From positions 55,337-119,336 of the forward strand of contig CAWCRP010000009.1 of assembly GCA_963797995.1 (NCBI GenBank): a stretch of 64,000 nt of DNA, in the 5' to 3' direction. Numbering within the stretch: position 1 is the stretch's first letter; the number at the start of each line of letters is the position of its first letter. The notes under the pieces were generated by a model. The model worked only from the letters and a program-made list of their open reading frames with translations, ran no database searches and was not told where the DNA came from. This document shows, in pieces, positions 1-12,337 of the stretch. This stretch comes from an uncultured Solirubrobacterales bacterium (GTDB taxonomy: Bacteria; Actinomycetota; Thermoleophilia; Solirubrobacterales; 70-9). Both the position numbers and the translations under genes were made by a program.

Positions 1-500
1 GTGTCGAAGGGGAAGCGGCGTGAGGACCTCGCGGCTCGCTGCCAGGTTGCAGCTCGGCGCGAACCCGAGGCGTCCGGCCGCGTCGCGCGAGTCGAGCTGG
101 AGGTGGTTGGTGATCGCCTGGGCGGCGCAGACGAGCGCAGGGGCGCCCGGTGGGCTGACGGTGGAGCCCGCCGCGACGCCGCTCTCGAGCGCGGCGCCCG
201 CGAGCCGGCCCGCCCAGCTCGGCAGCGGCTCGCAATCGTCGTCGACGAATGCGATCAGCTCGGCGTCCGCGGCGCGCGCACCGATGTTGCGCGCCGTCGC
301 CGGCCCGCGCCCGGGGTGCGGAACAACCGCGCGGCCGGTAGGGCCCCGAGGGCCTCGATCACCGCCTCGCGGTCGCGCGATCCGTCATCGACGACGATGG
401 CCTCGAGCTCGATCTCCTGGCGGGAGAGAGCCGCGAGGCAGCGGCCGAGACTCGCGGGGCGGTCGCGGGTGGGGATGACGACGGCGAGCTCGGGTCGCAC
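1..500 (-). pseudogene. Family-2 glycosyltransferase, 5' part (runs off the window start); one frame break as assembled
   Basis: ORF 255..500 starts MRPELAVVIPTRDRPASL...AIVVDDGSRD, a GT2 N-terminal signature. Below about nt 300 the GT2-like string ATARNIGARAADAELIAFVD continues in another minus frame, implying a 1-nt indel. Confidence 0.6.
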
Positions 501-524
501 GCGTCCAATTCTGCTTGAACAACC

Positions 525-573
525 AACGTTCCGCCCGCCTCCTCGGCTTCGCCTCCGGGGGCGGCCGGGTCAG
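525..573 (+). repeat. GC-rich palindromic intergenic repeat, copy A (short form)
   Basis: The sequence aacgttccgcccgcctcctcggcttcgcctccgggggcggccgggtcag matches the core of copies C-F. It lies between the divergent GT2 and surE starts. Confidence 0.8.
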
Positions 574-609
574 GCGTCGGTCAGGAGGGCCGCCCTAGAA
601 TCGGCCCGG

Positions 610-3473
<2,864 letters not shown>

Positions 3474-3534
3474 CGATTGCGGTTAGCTCCGTAGGGGCGC
3501 CAGATGAGAATCAGACTCGACGAGCAAGACATGG

Positions 3535-5365
3535 ATGGCAGGGATGGCGGCGCTGATCGTGCTCGTCGCCCTGGTGGCGACGGCCGTCAAGCGAGGAGCG
3601 GGCCGAGGCCGCCAAGCTCTCGCCGCTTCGTTCCTGCGACAACCTCCGCGACTACCTTCGCGCCCATCCGCGGGCGCTTCGTGCCTATCCGCCCGACGCG
3701 ATCCTCGAGGACGCCCTGCCGACCGACGGCGACGCGGCCGCTCCCGGTGAGGGTGGTGGCGGGGCCAACCCCGCGCCGCCGCCATCGGATTCCTCCACCA
3801 ACGTCCAGGAGGCCGGGGTCGACGAGCCGGACATCGTCAAGGCGACGGACACAACGATCTTCAGCGTCGAGGGGACGACCCTGCGCGCGGTCGACGTCAG
3901 CGGGGCTCAGCCGGTCCTCGCCGGAACGCTCGAGCTTCCGAACGGCGCGGGCGAGGGGAGCTACGGCGGCACCTACGACCTTCTGCTGAGCGGCGACCGC
4001 CTGCTCGCGATCGGCACGGCCTACGGCGGGGTCGCCTTCGAGGCGGGCCCCGGCCACGACCGCACTGTCCTCGCCGAGATCGACGTCTCCGACCCCGCCG
4101 CCATGAGCGTTCTGCGCAAGGCCGTGGTGGAGGGCGCGTACGTCAGCGGCCGGCTGACCGGGACGACGGCGCGCGTGGTCGTCAACGACCTGCCCGCGCC
4201 CTACATCGCCGAGAGCGGCAAGGGGCGCGCGCTCGTGCCGCGGCTGAAGATCGCCGACCGGACGACCGGGGAGAAGTTTCGCGGCAAGCTGGTCGACTGC
4301 GCGGACGTCCGCCGCCCCTCGCGCTTCGCCGGCGCCGAGATGCTCTCGGTGATGACGATCGACCTCGCCCAGGGCCTGCCTGCGATCGACGTCGATTCGG
4401 TGATGACCAGCGGTCAGATCGTCTACGCGTCGACCGAGAACCTCTACGTCGCCAGCGAGCGCTGGGTCGGCCCGGAGAGTGATCCGGAGCGAATTTCGGA
4501 CGTCTCGACCGAGATCCACCGCTTCGACATCACCGATCCCGCCGCAACCTCCTACGTCGCCAGCGGCCAGGTCGAGGGCTTCATGCTGAGCCAGTGGGCC
4601 CTCTCCGAGCAGGACGGCATCCTGCGGGTCGCGAGCACGACCTCCCCGCCCTGGGAGCCCGAGGGCGGAGGCGAGGAGAGCGAGAGTTTCGTCACCGTGC
4701 TCGGCGCCGATCTCGAGGCGGGGCGCCTGCGCGAGGTCGGCCGGGTCGGCGGGCTCGGCGAGGGAGAGCAGATCTACGCCGTCCGCTTCGTGGGCGACAC
4801 CGGCTACGTCGTCACCTTCCGCCAGGTGGATCCCCTGTACACGCTCGACCTCTCCGATCCGGCCACGCCCCGGGTCGTGGGCGAGCTCAAGATCCCGGGC
4901 TACTCCGCCTACCTACATCCGGTCGGACCCGGACTCCTGCTGGGGATCGGACAGGACGCGACCGGCACCGGCCAGACGCTCGGCGTCCACGCCTCGCTCT
5001 TCGACGTCTCCGACCCCGCGAACCCGGTTCGCCTCGACGAGCAGTCGCTCGGCGGCTCCTACTCCTACACCGAAGTCGAGTCCGACCACCACGCATTCTC
5101 GTTCTTTCCGCAACACCAGCTCGCAACCGTCCCGGTCGAGTCCTACGGCCCTGACGGCGAGTTCTACGGGGCGTTCGGCCTCCGGGTCGCGCCCGGGACG
5201 GCCGATCCGCTCGGCGTCGTCGCCAAGGTAGAGCACGGCACCGGCTACGGCGCCCAGATCCGGCGCACGCTGGCGCTCGGCGCGAGCGTCTACACCGTCT
5301 CGCCGAAGGGCATCGGCGCCCACGACCCGGCGACGCTCGCGCAGACGGCCTTCGCCGGGTTCTAG
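3535..5365 (+). CDS. Secreted or membrane-anchored beta-propeller domain protein (COG4880/Beta_propel-like); one frame break near nt 3600
   Basis: An N-terminal TM segment (MAGMAALIVLVALVATAV) lies in frame 1. The rest is open in frame 2 from about 3600, with ORF 4103..5365 as its Met-delimited part. Family assignment rests on remembered similarity only. Confidence 0.6.
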
Positions 5366-5384
5366 CCGTGAGGTGACGGATGCT

Positions 5385-5399
5385 CCCACCCAGGGTGGG
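5385..5399 (+). terminator. Short GC hairpin downstream of the beta-propeller gene
   Basis: The sequence cccaccc-a-gggtggg forms an inverted repeat 20 nt after the stop. There is no U-tract. Confidence 0.25.
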
Positions 5400-5434
5400 T
5401 GGCGCCGGGGCGGGCGGTCGCATAGGTTCGTCCC

Positions 5435-5953
5435 ATGAAGACTCCAGCTACCGCACCCACTGCCCCTGCCCGCCCTCGCCTGGTGACGGCACTCGCGTCG
5501 GCCGCGATCGCGACCCTCGCTTTCGGCGGCGCTGCTCACGCGGCCACCGACAACTCCGACGACATCGATTCCACCGATAAGCCCGTGATCAAGCGAATCA
5601 ACTGGTGGTCTGGGGACGCGGTGGTGGAACTCGAGTCGGTCGTGATCGAAGCGGACTCCGTCGAGGTCAAGGTCAAGGCCGGCAGCGAGACGGCGACGGC
5701 GGATCCGAGGCCGGAGCGAAAGAAGGGAGCGCGGCGCCAGTGGGGACTCAATTCCGGCTTCGCTGAGGACTTCCCGGGGACCAAAGACGTCGTCAAGTTG
5801 ACCGAGCAGGCGATGGAGGAGGCCGGAACGTTCACGGTCAAGGTCGTTGCCTTGAACGAAGCCGGCAAGAGCAAGGTGACGACACCGATCGTGGCATCGG
5901 AGTGCACGCAGAACCCACCGATCTACCCCTACGACTGCATCGTGACGTTCTGA
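5435..5953 (+). CDS. Secreted hypothetical protein
   Basis: Signal-peptide-like N-terminus (RPRLVTALASAAIATLAFGGAAHAATD). Intact 172-aa ORF with GC-rich third codon positions. Confidence 0.55.
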   Translation: MKTPATAPTAPARPRLVTALASAAIATLAFGGAAHAATDNSDDIDSTDKPVIKRINWWSGDAVVELESVVIEADSVEVKVKAGSETATADPRPERKKGARRQWGLNSGFAEDFPGTKDVVKLTEQAMEEAGTFTVKVVALNEAGKSKVTTPIVASECTQNPPIYPYDCIVTF

Positions 5954-5959
5954 GGACCG

Positions 5960-7276
5960 TCAGGGCCGGTAGCGCGCGATCGCCGCGGCGATCTCGTCCT
6001 GGGCGTTGTGGGCGGCGTCGATGCTGACATCGTTCATCAGGATCGAGAAGGCGATCGTGTGCCCGCCCGCGTCGCAGTAGCCCGAGAGCGCCGACACCTC
6101 GTTCAGGGTGCCCGTCTTCGCCGCGCAATTTCCCTCCGCGGCGGTCCCTCGCATCCGATTCGCGAGCGTGCCCTCGCGGCCCGCGACTGGGAGTGAGTCC
6201 CGCATCGGCGCCGCATCCTCGCCGTCGCGGGCGACCGAGACGAGCAGCTTCCCCACGTCCTCGGGCGAGGCCGCGTTTTTGCGCGAGAGGCCGGAGCCGT
6301 CGGAGGCGTTGACGCTGGCGCCGGCGGCGGTGGCGAAGTGCTCGACGAGCGCCGCGCCGCGGTCACGGGTTCCGCGCTTGCCGGTCGTGGCCGCGAGCCG
6401 CTTCAAGAGCATCTCGGCGAAGAAGTTGTTCGACGGGACGTTGGTCTCCTCGATCAGACGGGCGACCGTCGGCGAGGCGACCGAGCCGAGTGGCTCCTCG
6501 TCGAGCTGCGCCGGGGTGAGGTTCGCGCGGCCGATCTGGCCCGCGACGCTGACCCCCCGCGCCCGGAGCGCCGTTTTCAGCGCCCGTGCGGCGAGCAGCT
6601 CCGGGTCGGAGGCGTAGTCGCCTCCGTCGTACCCGTTGTTGAAGGAGAGGCCGGAGAGCGGGCTCAGATAGGGGCCGTCGCGGCGCACGCGATCGAAGAT
6701 CGAGTCGTCGGCGAGGACCTTCCCGGTGACCTTCTTCAGGCCACCGCGGGCGAGCTCACGGGCGAGGCCCGCGACCCGGGTCACCGGCTGGTTGTTGGCG
6801 CGGGCGAAGCGCGCGGTGCCGAAGGCCGGGTCGCCGTCGCCGACGAGGACCAGGTCGCCGCCCAGAACCGAGTCCGACGGGCCGCCGAGCTCGCCGCTCG
6901 CATACGCGCGCGTGGTCAGGTGGCCCGCGCCGCCGAGCTCGTCGAGGAAGGCGGCGGTCGTGAACAGCTTCTGGTTCGAGGCCGGGATGCGATCGTTGGC
7001 GGCGTTCTCGGAGTAGAGGAGACCGTCGCCCTCGGCGTTGATGTCCGAAACCCAGGTGCCGCTCGATCCGCCCGCGTCGGCCATCGCGCCGGCGATCCGA
7101 TCACGGAGCTGCGCCGCCGAGAGTGCCCGCGTCGAGGCGGCGGGGGTGCCCGGACGAGCGACCGGCGTCGCCGCGGGGCGGTCGGGCCCGAGCGCGATCG
7201 CCGCGTTCGCGCTCGACGATGCCGCCAGCGTCGCCGCGAGCGCCAAAAGCAGGATGTGGAGCCGGATTCTCAGCAT
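5960..7276 (-). CDS. dacB: D-alanyl-D-alanine carboxypeptidase/endopeptidase (PBP4, peptidase S13)
   Basis: Signal peptide, the SxxK box PASNQKLFT, an SGL motif and the KTG box AKTGTL are present. The 438-aa length fits PBP4. Confidence 0.8.
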   Translation of the reverse strand: MLRIRLHILLLALAATLAASSSANAAIALGPDRPAATPVARPGTPAASTRALSAAQLRDRIAGAMADAGGSSGTWVSDINAEGDGLLYSENAANDRIPASNQKLFTTAAFLDELGGAGHLTTRAYASGELGGPSDSVLGGDLVLVGDGDPAFGTARFARANNQPVTRVAGLARELARGGLKKVTGKVLADDSIFDRVRRDGPYLSPLSGLSFNNGYDGGDYASDPELLAARALKTALRARGVSVAGQIGRANLTPAQLDEEPLGSVASPTVARLIEETNVPSNNFFAEMLLKRLAATTGKRGTRDRGAALVEHFATAAGASVNASDGSGLSRKNAASPEDVGKLLVSVARDGEDAAPMRDSLPVAGREGTLANRMRGTAAEGNCAAKTGTLNEVSALSGYCDAGGHTIAFSILMNDVSIDAAHNAQDEIAAAIARYRP

Positions 7277-7397
7277 TCGATCCCCTTCACGGAACCCGCC
7301 TCGGGCCGCATCGGTGCGGAGATTAGCCGCAGCCGAAGCGTCGTCCTACGCGGTACGCCTGTACCGCTAGGCATACTCCGGGGTAGGAACGAGCCTC

Positions 7398-8702
7398 ATG
7401 GGGAAGGTCGTCGACATCGAGACCGCCGCGACCGAGTCGCAGGCGGCGCGCCGAAAGCGCTCGCGAAAGCGGCCGTCGAAGACCGCGCTCGTACTCGGTG
7501 GCGGCGGGTTCACCGGCGGGGTGTATGAGATCGGCGCCCTGCGCGCGCTCGACCTGCTCGCCACCAACCGGACCGTGAACCAGTTCGACGTCTACGTCGG
7601 CACGAGCGCCGGCGCCTTCATCGCCAGCCTCACGGCGAACGGCGTGACGCCGGAGGAGATGATGCGGGTGCTCAACCGCAACCTCGCCTCGCCGCTTCGC
7701 GACATCGGACTCGACGCCCTCCTGCGGCCCAACTACCGCGGCTTCCTCGAGAAGTCCCTCACCCTGCCACTGAAGATGGCCGGCGCGGTCCGCGAGCTCC
7801 TCGAGACCGTCAGCGAGGTCTCCGCGGTCGACATCGCGACAGCGCTCTCGACCGCCCTCCCGTCCGGCTTCTACACCGCCGGGGGGATCGAGGACTACGT
7901 CGAGGAGGCGCTCGCCGACCCGGACCGCACCAACGACTTCCGCCTCCTCGAGAACGAGCTCTACCTCGTCGCCACCGACCTCGACACGACCGAGCGGATC
8001 GTCCTCGGCGAGGGGGAGTGGGCCGACATCCCGATCTCGAAGGCCGTCGGCGCCTCGGGAGCGCTGCCCGGCATCTACGAGCCGGTCGAGATCCGCGGCC
8101 GCGAGTTCATCGACGGCGGCATCCTCTCGACCACCAACGTCGACGTCGCGGTCGAGCGCGGCGCCAAGTTCGTGGTCGTCATCAACCCGCTGGTTCCCTA
8201 CGTCAACGACTTCTCGAAGAGCATCCCGACGTTCACCGGCTCGCGCGCACGGCGCGTCTCGGACATGGGGGTCGCCGGGATCATCAACCAGACCTTCCGC
8301 CTCCTCTCCCACGACCGGCTCCACCGCGCGGTCGAGATCTGGGAGGAGCGCTATCCGGGCGTCGACTTCATCCTGATCGAGCCCGAGCTCGACGACGAGC
8401 TCATGTTCTCGACCTCGGTCCTCGACTACCGCGCCCGGGTCGAGATTGCCAAGCACGGCTTCGAGTCGGTGACGCTGAAGCTCGCGCGCGATTACGACCG
8501 CTACAAGGAGATCGCCGAGCGCCACGGGATCGAGATCTCCGCGCGGCGCGTCCGCCACGTCCTCGACCAGGTCGAGCGCGACCGCGAGAAGGCGTCAGCC
8601 TGGCGGCGGGTGCTCGAGCAGACCACGTCGGCGCTCTTGCGTTCCGGGCCGAAGCCGGTCGCTGTGGAGCCTCCACCAGAGGACGCCGAGGCGAAGGCTT
8701 AG
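7398..8702 (+). CDS. Patatin-like phospholipase family protein
   Basis: Oxyanion motif LVLGGGGFTGG, nucleophile elbow GTSAGA (GxSxG) and a later DGG motif (EFIDGG). Confidence 0.8.
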   Translation: MGKVVDIETAATESQAARRKRSRKRPSKTALVLGGGGFTGGVYEIGALRALDLLATNRTVNQFDVYVGTSAGAFIASLTANGVTPEEMMRVLNRNLASPLRDIGLDALLRPNYRGFLEKSLTLPLKMAGAVRELLETVSEVSAVDIATALSTALPSGFYTAGGIEDYVEEALADPDRTNDFRLLENELYLVATDLDTTERIVLGEGEWADIPISKAVGASGALPGIYEPVEIRGREFIDGGILSTTNVDVAVERGAKFVVVINPLVPYVNDFSKSIPTFTGSRARRVSDMGVAGIINQTFRLLSHDRLHRAVEIWEERYPGVDFILIEPELDDELMFSTSVLDYRARVEIAKHGFESVTLKLARDYDRYKEIAERHGIEISARRVRHVLDQVERDREKASAWRRVLEQTTSALLRSGPKPVAVEPPPEDAEAKA

Positions 8703-8748
8703 TTCTCGGCCCCTCGCGGTCCTCTGTGTGCGGTGGCGCACGCAAACC

Positions 8749-8776
8749 TTGACTTACGTGCCGCCCGGGATACTGT
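8749..8776 (+). promoter_or_regulatory. Candidate sigma-70-type promoter for the choice-of-anchor-Q gene
   Basis: TTGACT (8749-8754), a 16-nt spacer, then TACTGT (8771-8776), about 40 nt upstream of the ATG at 8818. Confidence 0.3.
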
Positions 8777-8817
8777 CCTGTCTCACACGACGAGTTGGGG
8801 AGGACGGGGTGAGGAAC

Positions 8818-10407
8818 ATGGGCCGAAAGGCGCTAGCACTGGTGGCGGGGATCGGTTTGTTCGCGGTGGGGGCGGGCGAGGCGTCGGCAGCGACGTACAC
8901 CGTCGACGCCTTCGACGACCCAAACTCTCTCGCGTGCGCGCCCGATCCGGATCCGGCGCCGTGCTCTCTGCGCGCAGCGGTGAAGGGGGCCCGAAACAGC
9001 CCTATCGACGAGCCCGTGATCAAGCTTCTCCCAGGCACCTACACCTTGACGCTGCCCGTCGACACCGGCGTCCCGGACAATCTCACCGGCGACCTCGACT
9101 GGGCGGACCTGGGACCCGACCAGCTCGCCGATCTGCGAATCGAAGGGGCGGGCTCGGCGCTTACGACCATTGATGCCACCGGCCTCAACGACCGCATCTT
9201 CGACTTCATCTTTGCGTCCGTCGCAGTGTCGATCAACGGCGTGACGCTCAAGAGCGGGCGGGCGGCGACCCCGGCGGACGGCGGCGAGGGTGGCGCGATC
9301 AGGACATCGATGGACGGTCCTCTGTTCCTGTCCGACGTCCGTTTCGTCGACAACACAGCACCCGACAACATCGCCGGCAACGGCGGTGCCATCGCTTCCT
9401 ACAACGACAACCTCAACCTCGAGAATGTCTCCTTCTTCCAGAATCGCGCCGCGAGATTCGGGGGCGCGATTTCCGTGGACGACGGGCCTGCCGTTTCGCC
9501 GAGACTCGGGATCACCAACGCGACCTTCGACCAGAACGTCGCCTTGATGGGCGGAGGCGCGATCTCCAACAACGGGGACGGTGCCGGTCCGGCGCCCGAC
9601 CCGATCGCAACGATCACGAACGCGACCTTCGACAACAATAAGGCGGGCGGGTTTGGCGGCGCGATTGACACGTTTGGCAATGCGACGACGAACCTGGAGA
9701 GCGTGACGCTGACGAGGAACATGGCCAACGCCGACAACACCGGTGGCGAGGCCGGCGGCGCGCTGCAAAACGGCGGCGGCTTCTACAACGTCAGGAACTC
9801 ACTGATCGCCCTCAACACGGTGGGGACCGGCGGCGCCAATCCGGACTGCAGCGGCACGTACAACTCACTCGGCGGCAACATCATCAGCAATCTCACCGGG
9901 TGCTCGGGCTTCGCCGCGGCCGGGGACACCGTCGACAGCAACCCGCTGATCGGCCCACTCTCATCGAACGGCGGCCCGACGCAGACCGTGCCGCTCCTGC
10001 CGAACAGCCCCGCGATCGACCATTCGGTCGGCTGCCCCGCCGCGGACCAGCGCGGGGTGGCGCGCCCCCAGGGCCCCGGGTGCGACACGGGCGCGTTCGA
10101 AGTGGCTGTGGCTGGCCCCTCCGGCACCGCCGATGTGACCCCGCCCGAGACGACCATCACCTCCGGCCCGAAGGCGAAAGTCAAGACGAAGAAGAAGCGA
10201 AAGAAGGTCACCATCGCGTTCACGGCCTCCGAGCCGGCCTCGTTCGTATGCACGCTCGACGGGAGGACCTTCGCCGGGTGCGCGGGCAGCTTCTCGGCCA
10301 AAGTCAAGAAGGGCCAGCACATCTTCACGGTTCAGGCGCGCGACGGGGCGGGGAACGCCGACCCGACGCCGGCGACCCGGACCTTCAAGGTGAAGCGCAA
10401 GCGCTGA
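8818..10407 (+). CDS. Secreted CSLREA / choice-of-anchor-Q-type beta-helix protein with a C-terminal Ig-like domain
   Basis: Signal peptide MGRKALALVAGIGLFAVGAGEASA, the N-terminal motif PCSLRAAV and repeated GGAI/NxA beta-helix rungs. ATG 8818 is in frame with ORF 8728..10407. Confidence 0.65.
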   Translation: MGRKALALVAGIGLFAVGAGEASAATYTVDAFDDPNSLACAPDPDPAPCSLRAAVKGARNSPIDEPVIKLLPGTYTLTLPVDTGVPDNLTGDLDWADLGPDQLADLRIEGAGSALTTIDATGLNDRIFDFIFASVAVSINGVTLKSGRAATPADGGEGGAIRTSMDGPLFLSDVRFVDNTAPDNIAGNGGAIASYNDNLNLENVSFFQNRAARFGGAISVDDGPAVSPRLGITNATFDQNVALMGGGAISNNGDGAGPAPDPIATITNATFDNNKAGGFGGAIDTFGNATTNLESVTLTRNMANADNTGGEAGGALQNGGGFYNVRNSLIALNTVGTGGANPDCSGTYNSLGGNIISNLTGCSGFAAAGDTVDSNPLIGPLSSNGGPTQTVPLLPNSPAIDHSVGCPAADQRGVARPQGPGCDTGAFEVAVAGPSGTADVTPPETTITSGPKAKVKTKKKRKKVTIAFTASEPASFVCTLDGRTFAGCAGSFSAKVKKGQHIFTVQARDGAGNADPTPATRTFKVKRKR

Positions 10408-10410
10408 GCG

Positions 10411-12252
10411 CTACCGGCAGACCCGGATCCGCTTTTCGAGGCTGAAGCGCCGGCCGTCCACCATCTCCGTCTCGGCGTGGATCGTCGGCCGCTTTCGGTC
10501 TCGGAGCAGGCGCGGCAGGATCCGCTTCTTGAACGGGCCTGAGCGGTCGTGGCCGGCCTTCTTCGGGCCGACCGCGAACCGCGCCTCGAGGAGGCTGCGC
10601 GCGCCCGTGCCTCGGAGCCGGACGATGAAGTCGCGCGGGTCACGGCAGGAGCGCCCGTTCTCCCTCGCGGAGCGGGGCAGGCTCAGCCTCAACGCCGGCT
10701 TCGTCCGGCAGCTCTCCGCAGCGCACGCGCGCAGTCCGGCGAGGCGCCCCGCGAGCGCCGCGGCAGCGTCCGCGTACGCCGGGTTCGCAATCTGGTTCTG
10801 GAGCTGGAACGGGTCCTTGGCGAGGTCGTAGAGCTCGCGCTCCCCGCTCCCGTTCTCGACGTACGTGTAGCTGGCATTGCGGAGCGCGTCGTAGAGGACG
10901 CCGTTTGCCGTCGCGTCCTCGTCGTCGTCGCTGGGCTTCTGCTCGATCAACAGCTCGCGCCCGTGCATCCGGCGCGGGTGCTCGACGAAGGGCAGCAGCG
11001 AGCGGCCGTCGAGGCCGAACGGGGCGCTCGCCTCGGCCGCGTCGAGGATCGTCGGGGCGAGGTCGGCGTTGATCGCCAGGTCCTTGACGCTCACCCCCTG
11101 CGGAATCCCGGGTCCGCGCATCATGAGCGGCACGCGGATTGCCTCCTCGTAGACCCGGTTCTTCCCTCCCTGGACCCGGTGCTCGCCGTGGAAGAAGCCG
11201 TTGTCGGAGGTGTAGACGATGAGCGTGTCGTCGAGCTCACCGGCGGCCGCGAGCGCGTTCACGATCCGCTCCACACCCTCGTCGATGGCCAGCAGCGACT
11301 CGGCCCGGCACCGGTAGTTGCGGGTCGCGTTCGCGATCTGCTGCTCGGTCAGGTAGGGCCGCGTCGCCATGCCCGCCGGCTTGTCGGATGCGTCGAACTC
11401 GTTGAAGTTCGGCGGCTGCGGCAAGGGCTCGGAACCGAACGCGCCGATGTGACGGGGAGCGGGCTTCGCCGTTCCGTTGCAGCGGCTCTGATTCGGGGGA
11501 TCCGGGTTGGGACCGCCCCCGTGCGGGGCGAGGTAGGCGACCGAGAGGAAGAACGGGTCGTCTGACGGCGCGCGGTTCTGGATCGTCTCGACCGCCTTCT
11601 GCGTATACACGTCGCTCGAGTAGAGCTCCGGCTGCGCGGGATTGTCCGGGTTCTCGCTCGTGGACCCGTAGGTGACGAGGTTGCCGCTCTCGAGCAACTG
11701 GTAGCCGTAGAAGCTGTACGTGCGCTTCGACCCGTGCCACTCCGACCAGCCCGGTGGGACGCCGACGGGACTCGACTCGTAGCCGTTCAGGAACTTGCCG
11801 ACGTGGGTCGTGCTGTAGCCGGCTCGCTGCAGCCACACGGGCAGCGTCTCGCTCGTGTCGAGCCGCCCGAAGCCGCCGAACGGTGGGGCGTTGCCGAGTA
11901 CCTCGTGGTTGTGGGCATAGCGTCCGGTGAGAAAGGTGGCCCGTGACGGGCAGCAGAGCGGCCAGTTGACGACGCTCGAAGGGAACGTCGCGCCGCGCGC
12001 GCCGATCAGCTCGCTCACCTTCGGCATGTAGCGCATCGAGTCCTGGGCCTGGTCGTCGCTCATCACGACGACGACGTTCGGCCGTGGGGATTCGCCCTCC
12101 CCGGCGCCGCCCTGCGCCCCGGCAGCGCCCGAGGCGACGAGCGCGGTGGCGAGCGTCGCGGCCGCGACCAAAGCCGCCGCCGCGACCCTCCCTGTCGCCG
12201 CCCGCACTCCCATGCCTGCCACAACCCGGTTCCCCCTTCTAAGTAGCGTCAA
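10411..12252 (-). CDS. Sulfatase (formylglycine-dependent, Cys-type)
   Basis: PNVVVVMSDDQ followed by the CxPxR box LCCPSRATFLTGR. A signal-like N-terminus is present. Confidence 0.85.
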   Translation of the reverse strand: MTLLRRGNRVVAGMGVRAATGRVAAAALVAAATLATALVASGAAGAQGGAGEGESPRPNVVVVMSDDQAQDSMRYMPKVSELIGARGATFPSSVVNWPLCCPSRATFLTGRYAHNHEVLGNAPPFGGFGRLDTSETLPVWLQRAGYSTTHVGKFLNGYESSPVGVPPGWSEWHGSKRTYSFYGYQLLESGNLVTYGSTSENPDNPAQPELYSSDVYTQKAVETIQNRAPSDDPFFLSVAYLAPHGGGPNPDPPNQSRCNGTAKPAPRHIGAFGSEPLPQPPNFNEFDASDKPAGMATRPYLTEQQIANATRNYRCRAESLLAIDEGVERIVNALAAAGELDDTLIVYTSDNGFFHGEHRVQGGKNRVYEEAIRVPLMMRGPGIPQGVSVKDLAINADLAPTILDAAEASAPFGLDGRSLLPFVEHPRRMHGRELLIEQKPSDDDEDATANGVLYDALRNASYTYVENGSGERELYDLAKDPFQLQNQIANPAYADAAAALAGRLAGLRACAAESCRTKPALRLSLPRSARENGRSCRDPRDFIVRLRGTGARSLLEARFAVGPKKAGHDRSGPFKKRILPRLLRDRKRPTIHAETEMVDGRRFSLEKRIRVCR

Positions 12253-12256
12253 CCAG

Positions 12257-12335
12257 CTGACCCGGCCGTCCCCGGAGGGCGAAGCCCGAGGAGACGGGCG
12301 GAACGTTCGGTATTCGAGGAGGCGGGCGGAACGTT
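12257..12335 (-). repeat. GC-rich palindromic intergenic repeat, copy C (long form with duplicated head)
   Basis: The reverse complement reads aacgttccgcccgcctcctcgaataccgaacgttccgcccgtctcctcgggcttcgccctccggggacggccgggtcag. It lies between the fadD-like stop and the sulfatase start. Confidence 0.85.
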
Positions 12336-12337
12336 AT